From a virus (lineage: Duplodnaviria > Caudoviricetes): a DNA stretch of 64,000 nt. Position numbers and translations under genes: made by a program. The notes under the pieces were generated by a model. The model saw only the letters and a list, made by a program, of their open reading frames with translations, was not told the origin of the DNA and did not search any database. Positions 57,925 through 64,000 of the stretch are shown one piece after another. Where the stretch lies: positions 35,392 to 99,391 of the IMG/VR virus record IMGVR_UViG_3300013383_000024; one strand, given 5' to 3'. The stretch's first letter is position 1, and each line of letters starts with the position of its first letter.

Positions 57925-58183
57925 CGTAAGCCTCCCTAATGGAATTATCTAAGCGTTCCATCCATGTGCAATCAGCCGGTTCACACGGCTCCTCTGAATG
58001 TAACTCGTTGCAAATGCCGCAAAGTATTCGCCTCACATTTCCCTTCGGTACAACATCGGCGGCGGGCATACTGGCTATCTTATCAAGAACGAACAAAACC
58101 CCTTCAGCGAATGTTCCGTCGCCCTCGTCAGTTTCGTTCCACGCAATGCACTCTAGTGCATCTGTATCTATATATTTTCCCAT
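57908..58183 (-). CDS. Hypothetical phage protein (YID...PAADV family)
   Basis: MGKYID...MPAADVVP with a Cys-rich tail. Confidence 0.6.
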   Translation of the reverse strand: MGKYIDTDALECIAWNETDEGDGTFAEGVLFVLDKIASMPAADVVPKGNVRRILCGICNELHSEEPCEPADCTWMERLDNSIREAYDGNNE

Positions 58184-58266
58184 TCTCTCTTCTCCATTCC
58201 GAGCAACCACCATTTCGTCTCCAAACACAGCGCTCGCACTTCCCATAGCAAGGTTTATGTTCCATA

Positions 58267-58452
58267 TTACGTACCTTGTATTTTACCCAAGAGCAATAAA
58301 AGTGCAGCATCTGTAAAGCTTATATCATAAGCCTCTGCTTGTTTCTTGATTTCTTCGATGTCGAAGCTCGCATCGCAACTCTCGCACAGCATTGAACCAG
58401 GCAGGCGAGTACAGCACTTGCACATAAACCTATCAACAAACGAGTTGGTCAT
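58267..58452 (-). CDS. Small Cys-rich hypothetical protein
   Basis: AAGGAGG RBS; CxxC pairs. Confidence 0.5.
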   Translation of the reverse strand: MTNSFVDRFMCKCCTRLPGSMLCESCDASFDIEEIKKQAEAYDISFTDAALLLLLGKIQGT

Positions 58453-58467
58453 TGCAATTCCTCCTTA

Positions 58468-58818
58468 TCAAATTGTGATGTGCTTTGGATAAATAACCTT
58501 GTACTCCGCGCCCATATCATTCAGTATTTCCTGCACCTTATCTTCGGCAGAATCATGCGCTATCATAGTATCGACTGCGGCATGCACCAAACATTCGAGG
58601 TTAGATAAGCCAACCTCATTTAAGCCACGAATTGCAACAACAAAGTCAAAGCCGTCCTCAGCTCCGCCCGCATCGCTACAGAACTCAACGAATGAAACGT
58701 CATCAAACATTGTTACCTCAGGCAGCTGGGTAAAAACACGTTTCACGGAAGCTTTGTACGGAAGGTCATTGGGTAAATGCTCAAGAGCATAATCTACATC
58801 AACAAGTTTCATTTTCAT
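58468..58818 (-). CDS. Hypothetical protein
   Basis: Coupled operon ORF. Confidence 0.6.
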   Translation of the reverse strand: MKMKLVDVDYALEHLPNDLPYKASVKRVFTQLPEVTMFDDVSFVEFCSDAGGAEDGFDFVVAIRGLNEVGLSNLECLVHAAVDTMIAHDSAEDKVQEILNDMGAEYKVIYPKHITI

Positions 58819-59318
58819 TCTCCCATCGTAATGGCAAAAAGCTCTACCATCGTCATATTATTATACTTAGCCATGTCTGTCGCTAAAGCTGCTATATTGC
58901 GAGGCCGTGAAGCTCCAATTTCCCCAGAAAAGTACGTCAGCAAGTCCGGAAATTTACGTCGTCCATAACATTCATCGAGGTCTTCGTCGGTACCCTCGCA
59001 GGCAGTGGCAGTGCAGCCGCTGCACCAATTTGTGCGTTCATCGTCCCACGCCAGCAAAGTATGCCCGTTAATAATATACTCTGCATTAGGAGCACCCATA
59101 TTTGAACCGCTGGCATGCCACCACCAACCCCAATGGTCAGGCCAATCCCTATCATCAATAGCAGCGAGCCTTTTCATATCAGCCTCTTCGATCTCCCACA
59201 CTGTAAAATCCTCACGACAACCGTTGCCACAGAATTTATAAGTCATGGCCGCATCAATGCTGTTTTCTTTAAAGGCATTTTCAATGCTACCACCTGCAAG
59301 AATTTCAACTTTGCTCAT
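58815..59318 (-). CDS. Hypothetical Trp-rich protein
   Basis: Coupled operon ORF. Confidence 0.65.
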   Translation of the reverse strand: MSKVEILAGGSIENAFKENSIDAAMTYKFCGNGCREDFTVWEIEEADMKRLAAIDDRDWPDHWGWWWHASGSNMGAPNAEYIINGHTLLAWDDERTNWCSGCTATACEGTDEDLDECYGRRKFPDLLTYFSGEIGASRPRNIAALATDMAKYNNMTMVELFAITMGE

Positions 59319-59324
59319 ACGCCC

Positions 59325-59561
59325 TCACTTTCTTATCTCATTGAGCACATCAAATGTGCTTTCAAGTTTCTTCGGGTCAGTTCCTCTCCCCAGCTTTGTA
59401 ATGTTCTCTCCCGATGCCTTGTATAATGTAAACCCGCCACTATCTTTTTGGGTCATTATAAAAAGAAGCTCCCCATTGGCTGTGTAGTAACCAACTTTAC
59501 CGTGCTCGCCCTTAGGAAATTTCATTTTCACCACAGGGGCTAAAGCCTGAAAGTATGCCAT
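59325..59561 (-). CDS. Small hypothetical protein
   Basis: Operon ORF; true start may be MKFPKGE. Confidence 0.55.
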   Translation of the reverse strand: MAYFQALAPVVKMKFPKGEHGKVGYYTANGELLFIMTQKDSGGFTLYKASGENITKLGRGTDPKKLESTFDVLNEIRK

Positions 59562-59862
59562 GCCCTATCATCAGGTCTAATACTTTATCATTAAACATAT
59601 CAAAGTCATACCACTCAAGGCCGAAATAATAGTCGAGCAGCTCCTGATATTTATCACCGGGATTTTGTACCCTTACCGCCTTTGTAAAGGCGTCTACCCA
59701 CCCCGCAGTAGTTTCTAAATAGAAGCACGTGTACGGATTATCTGCTTGTGGGAAGAGGGTCAGCAGATTTGTTGCAAACTGCGCAAGAACTTCTTTAGTA
59801 ATCAGCTCTCTGTATCCTTCAGGAATATCATACTGAACAATCTCTCCATTAATTACTGGCAT
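59512..59862 (-). CDS. Hypothetical protein
   Basis: AAGGAGG RBS before MPVING. Confidence 0.6.
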   Translation of the reverse strand: MPVINGEIVQYDIPEGYRELITKEVLAQFATNLLTLFPQADNPYTCFYLETTAGWVDAFTKAVRVQNPGDKYQELLDYYFGLEWYDFDMFNDKVLDLMIGHGILSGFSPCGENEIS

Positions 59863-59940
59863 TACAATCCTCCTTATAGTATTCAAGTACATCTTTACCG
59901 CAGGCGAGCCCCGGCAGTATGATTGGGGAATATTATCTGC

Positions 59941-60573
59941 TCATACAGTGAAAGTTTTGAGAATCCGTCGTTCCCCACCACCCATTTTACCGGCATTGGA
60001 TTTCTCATTTGCTTCCCTCCATTCAGCAAAATCGTAGATTATCGTGTCAAGTGGCCTAGGTATATACTTAATCCACGGCATCATCGCTCCGACATTATAC
60101 ATTTTGCACGGATGCCCATAGAGCTCTTCCATTAAGAATTTATCGTGCAGCATCATGTTGTGCTCAAACGAATTATGAACGTGGCCGTAAAGATGATACC
60201 ATCCCGAGAAATGATTTTTAAAACACGGTATAGGATAGTGCGAAAGCACGACCTTCCTACCGTTATCATCGATCTCAAGATAGTCTGCAATTTTTATGAA
60301 ACAGCGATCAAAATCTTTATTGCCCGTTCTATCGTGGTTGCCTTTTACAAGAACCTTATTACCATTTAGCTGCTTAAGAATCGGAACTGCTTCGCTGGGT
60401 TTGCACCAAAACATATCCCCAAGAACATAAACCGTGTCTTCAGACTTGACCTCTACATTCCAGTTGTCAACAAGCGTCCGATTCATTTCTTCGACTGTCG
60501 CAAACGGTCGATTATCAAGCGCAAGAATATTCTTGTGCCCGTAATGCCAATCAGCTATGTACAAATTCCTCAT
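59941..60573 (-). CDS. Calcineurin-like metallophosphoesterase
   Basis: DWH, GD, GNHD, HYP and GHVH motifs. Confidence 0.9.
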   Translation of the reverse strand: MRNLYIADWHYGHKNILALDNRPFATVEEMNRTLVDNWNVEVKSEDTVYVLGDMFWCKPSEAVPILKQLNGNKVLVKGNHDRTGNKDFDRCFIKIADYLEIDDNGRKVVLSHYPIPCFKNHFSGWYHLYGHVHNSFEHNMMLHDKFLMEELYGHPCKMYNVGAMMPWIKYIPRPLDTIIYDFAEWREANEKSNAGKMGGGERRILKTFTV

Positions 60574-60983
60574 ACAATAATTCTCCCGGTCTCATATGTT
60601 TCTTTGAATATATCATCGATCTCTGCTGCTACCTCCGGAGGCAGCCACGCACTGGCTTCTTCGTTTCCCCAGTACAGCTCAACGCAATTCCCGCCCGTAT
60701 TTACACAAATGTTCGGACCGCCGCATGCAATCATCACGGTTACGCTGCGATATTCATGGTCTCCGCCTATAGCGTATTCAACATCATATATGTACTGGTC
60801 GTCAAGTGGAGCTATCGGTTCCCACTCATCTTCCGATTCCATTTCGCCGCACTCACAAACACCTACCGGGTCAGTAAATACCTCGCCGCACTCCAAACAG
60901 CGCTTTACCCTGCCTTCGTAGCACGCTACCAAATGATCTCTGATCCGCTCGCAGGTTTTATAATTTTCCTCACTCATTTTCAT
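60570..60983 (-). CDS. Zn-ribbon hypothetical protein
   Basis: CLECG...CECG; ACGGPN motif. Confidence 0.65.
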   Translation of the reverse strand: MKMSEENYKTCERIRDHLVACYEGRVKRCLECGEVFTDPVGVCECGEMESEDEWEPIAPLDDQYIYDVEYAIGGDHEYRSVTVMIACGGPNICVNTGGNCVELYWGNEEASAWLPPEVAAEIDDIFKETYETGRIIV

Positions 60984-62149
60984 TGCTCACTCCATATTAA
61001 GCTTGACACGCAATCTGCTATTATGCGTGCTCCTTCTTGAATCTCAGCTAATGTGTTGTATGTTGAAAAAGATATTCTCACCGTACTGCGAGCCTGCTCT
61101 TCGGTAAGTCCAATTGCAAGCAGCGCAGGGCTGGGCTTAATATCATGTGCTCTACAGGCAGAACCGGCAGATATACATACTCCGTGCATATCTGCTAAAA
61201 GCACCAAGGTCTGAGCATCTACGCCATCAAAACGCAGGCTCAAGACCTTGGGCACGCAATTCACCAAGTTTCCATTGATATGCATAATATCGGCCAATCC
61301 GTTTGTGCTAAGACACGAGCGAAGTATTTGGAGAAATTCAGATCGCAGTTTTGCAACATACTCCATATTGGCCGCAAGGTTTTCTTTTACTATCCTGCAC
61401 GCCTCTCCAAATCCAACGATTCCTGCTACATTCTCAGTGCCGCCGCGAAGTCCGAACTCCTGATCGGCACCGCCGCATATAAGTGGATCGTAACCGTCCG
61501 CATTCCTCACATAGAGAGCTCCGACGCCCTTCGGGCCGTGTATTTTGTGCGACGAAAAAGAAGCCGACTGACAACCTATATCCCGAACGTTAACGGGAAC
61601 GGAGCCTAAAGCCTGTACGCAGTCAACATGTAAGTTGATTCCCTTTTCATCACATATCTTCGCAAGTTTGTCTACTTCAGTCACAGATCCGATCTCATTG
61701 TTTACAAACATAATAGCCGCTGTGCGTATATGATTCCCTCCGGTATAACGCTCAAAGCTATCTATGTAGTCTGCAAAGCCTTCAGGAGTGACTACGCCAT
61801 GGCTATTGACGGGAAGTCTATCGTTCACCATCCACTCAAAACTATGAGCTGCCTCTATTACCGAGTCATGCTCCATCTTAGTGGTAACAATCGGGCGGCT
61901 CCATCTCTGTCGAATAGAAAACGCAAGGTTGTTCGCCTCACTGCCACCTGACGTAAAAATCACTTGGTCTGGGCTGCAATTAATAAGCTCAGCCGCTTGC
62001 TCTCTTGCCCTCGCGACAGCGAGCTTCGCCTCTCTGCCAAGGCCGTACAAAGCCCCAGGATTACCATACTGCTCTTTAAGATACGGCAGCATCGCGTCGA
62101 AAACTCTGTCGTCGATCCTTGTGGTAGCGGCATTATCAAAATAAATCAT
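60980..62149 (-). CDS. iscS: Cysteine desulfurase (IscS/NifS, PLP-dependent)
   Basis: YFDNAATT, FTSGGSEAN, HVD.VQ, SSHKIHGPKG, GTEN, SAGSAC; AGGAGG RBS before ATG at 62149. Confidence 0.95.
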   Translation of the reverse strand: MIYFDNAATTRIDDRVFDAMLPYLKEQYGNPGALYGLGREAKLAVARAREQAAELINCSPDQVIFTSGGSEANNLAFSIRQRWSRPIVTTKMEHDSVIEAAHSFEWMVNDRLPVNSHGVVTPEGFADYIDSFERYTGGNHIRTAAIMFVNNEIGSVTEVDKLAKICDEKGINLHVDCVQALGSVPVNVRDIGCQSASFSSHKIHGPKGVGALYVRNADGYDPLICGGADQEFGLRGGTENVAGIVGFGEACRIVKENLAANMEYVAKLRSEFLQILRSCLSTNGLADIMHINGNLVNCVPKVLSLRFDGVDAQTLVLLADMHGVCISAGSACRAHDIKPSPALLAIGLTEEQARSTVRISFSTYNTLAEIQEGARIIADCVSSLIWSEQ

Positions 62150-62239
62150 GTGTACCTCCTTGTAACACACCGGACAATACCCCGTGATTTCGCCAAACTG
62201 TATGTTCACATGATGCCACATCTTGGGCAGCGAATAATA

Positions 62240-62635
62240 TTAGTCATACAACTTGTCCTTGATCACCAGCTCGTCGTAAACCTCTTTTGGCACAACTGCC
62301 ACGCTCGCATACTTTCTTTTCCTATCTTCGCGTGTCATTATGCAGTCGGACTTGATATTATCCCAAAGAAGCCTTGAAAATTTCTCGTCTTCATACCAAG
62401 GTGCCCATGTTGCCGGAATCGAAACCGTTACACACCTAATCTTATTTACGGTATCTATGATTCCTTTATAAGCTTCCACTGTTTCGTCGTATTTCTTCTG
62501 CATTGATTTAATGGCCATAGCAGCCTCAGCCATGTCGTTGTAATGAGCACCGGCATCCACCACATCAAAACAATCAAAAAGCCAGCTCTTGACTTTCTTA
62601 TCAACATTATCTAATAAACTCATATTTATGACCAT
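62240..62635 (-). CDS. Hypothetical protein
   Basis: Operon ORF; start may be 62623. Confidence 0.55.
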   Translation of the reverse strand: MVINMSLLDNVDKKVKSWLFDCFDVVDAGAHYNDMAEAAMAIKSMQKKYDETVEAYKGIIDTVNKIRCVTVSIPATWAPWYEDEKFSRLLWDNIKSDCIMTREDRKRKYASVAVVPKEVYDELVIKDKLYD

Positions 62636-62729
62636 TCCTTTCCGCTGCGCTGCAAGGCACCAAAGGGGGGTGAAACGCAGTACCCCTAACGCAGCAAGTC
62701 GTAATTTGTTAGAATAAGCTTTTTGTTTT

Positions 62730-63211
62730 TTAGCCCCATTGTTCCGCCATAGCCTTTGCTATGCCGGGAAATGTTTTACTGCGTAGTTGTGCGCGGTCTT
62801 TGCCTGATATACTATCTTCCCAGTAGCCCGCTTTACCCGAAGGATAAACGCCGTACATTTTAGCAAGATCAGGTTTGGTCGGTCGTTGCCAATAAGTTTC
62901 GGCAGCCCTTTCAGCCACAGGCAAGTACCTTTCATCACGCATTTCATCTGATTGTCCACCGTGCACCCACGCGCTTCGCCGTACAGCATCTGCGCAAGCG
63001 ATATAACATCGGCTTCGGTGAAATACATTTCGTATTCCGGTTCTGCCACTTCCACGACGCACAGGCCGTTTGTGTCCACTTCGGGCGGCACACCGTCTGC
63101 GTCGGCTTTGTTCGCCTTGCCGTCTATCGCAAGCAGTATCAGCAGTATCAGCGCCAGCAGAACGGCGCACACCTGCGCTATGATGATCGTGTATTTATTC
63201 ATCGGCTTCAC
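62730..63211 (-). pseudogene. Chimeric remnant: truncated SleB-like hydrolase joined to a frameshifted C-terminal fragment of a phage methyltransferase-like gene
   Basis: LAQMLYGEARG is followed abruptly by KGTCLWLKGLPKL; RSKTFPGIAKAMAEQWG lies in the -1 frame. Confidence 0.7.
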
Positions 63212-64000
63212 CTGTTATTGCTTTATAGATCGCGTCATCGTATTCGGGCATCGCCTTGATATATTCACGCAGTTCGCGCGGCATTTCGGCATAGACCTCC
63301 GATGCTTTGCGGCCGATGATCTTGAAAACCGGTGTGTTTGCCCATCCATCGTTGCCGCCGTATTTGCGTTTTAACTGCTGCGCGTTTGTAAAATCAGGCT
63401 TCCATTCGTTAAGCTTGTCCCATACTTCGTCAAAACGTTCGACAGTTACAGGCTTGTTGAATATCATCAACCTTGCACCTTCAAGGCCGTCGCAGAATAT
63501 GCAGCGCGATATACCTTCACATTTACGGCAATGCATTGAAATATTTACGCCGTTGCCGTAGCTGATGCCGTTGCCGTTGCTGATGCCGTATCCGTTGCTG
63601 ATGCCGCTGCCGTTGCTGATGCCGTATCCGTTGCTGATGCCGTATCCGTTGCTGATGCCGTTGCCGCTGCAGATGCCGTTGCCGTTGCTGATGCCGTTGC
63701 CGCTGCAGATGCCGTTGCCGCTGCTGATGCCGTTGCCGTTGCTGATGCCGTTGCCGTTGCAGATGCCGTCGCCGTAGCTGATGCCGTATCCGTTGCTGAT
63801 GCCGTTGCCGTTGCAGATGCCGTTGCCGCTGCGGATGCCGTTGCCGCTGCGGATGCCGTTGCCGTAGCAGATGCCGTTGCCGTTGCTGATGCCGTATCCG
63901 TAGCTGATGCCGTTGCCGTTGCAGATGCCGTATCCGTTGCTGATGCCGTTGCCGTTGCAGATGCCGTTGCCGCTGCGGATGCCGTTGCCGCTGCGGATGC
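63195..64000 (-). CDS. Repeat-rich (xGxGIx hexapeptide) phage protein, 5'-truncated by the window
   Basis: The frame of 63195..63536 stays open through the repeat to the window end; C-terminal IFNK...MPEYD..IY..ITG domain. Confidence 0.8.
   Translation of the reverse strand, partial: IRSGNGIRSGNGICNGNGISNGYGICNGNGISYGYGISNGNGICYGNGIRSGNGIRSGNGICNGNGISNGYGISYGDGICNGNGISNGNGISSGNGICSGNGISNGNGICSGNGISNGYGISNGYGISNGSGISNGYGISNGNGISYGNGVNISMHCRKCEGISRCIFCDGLEGARLMIFNKPVTVERFDEVWDKLNEWKPDFTNAQQLKRKYGGNDGWANTPVFKIIGRKASEVYAEMPRELREYIKAMPEYDDAIYKAITGEADE
63549..64000. repeat. 18-bp tandem repeat, ~25 units
   Basis: Consensus gctgatgccgttgccgtt with a few recurrent variants. Confidence 0.95.

Noticed and set aside
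63565-63777. + strand MPLPLL-repeat ORF
   Set aside because: Shadow of the minus-strand repeat gene; no RBS.
63549-64000. CRISPR array or DGR-style adenine mutagenesis in the 18-bp repeat
   Set aside because: There are no unique spacers. Variants are a few recurring alleles, the A of ATC is invariant, and a GGC/GGA change also occurs; it is a coding VNTR.
1-64000. Stop-codon reassignment, tRNA or rRNA genes
   Set aside because: Long conserved genes are intact under the standard code, and no cloverleaf or rRNA motif was noticed in the intergenic gaps (tRNAscan not run).

Overview
Part of a large temperate tailed phage genome, probably infecting a Clostridia-type Bacillota host (inferred from the amidase/SLH endolysin, SleB-like hydrolase and class III RNR). 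The + strand (1-27.9 kb) holds the distal tail, baseplate, multi-fibre adhesion and lysis genes. Next comes a HipA-like kinase cassette bounded by identical 26-bp hairpins (28.0-29.5 kb) and a candidate intact attP. The - strand (29.7-64 kb) holds a large serine integrase, nucleotide metabolism genes (dUTPase, FTR-like protein, NrdG, NrdD split by a group I intron carrying a GIY-YIG endonuclease, glutaredoxin, nucleotidase, dNMP kinase, ThyX-like protein), tandem MT-A70 methyltransferases and replication genes (DnaE, HNH, primase, helicase, Cas4-like nuclease, SSB, ERF). The regulatory/accessory region at 51-57 kb contains an unannotated type I toxin-like peptide, a Zn-ribbon microprotein, a structured non-coding block and an operon pairing an orphan MazF with an SPbeta MrpR-like recombinase-fold repressor. 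The window ends with an IscS cysteine desulfurase, a chimeric pseudogene and an 18-bp tandem-repeat gene. The best candidates for new biology are the MazF + MrpR-like lysis/lysogeny switch and the terminator-bounded toxin cassettes. All family assignments are from motif recognition by eye; no database searches were run.
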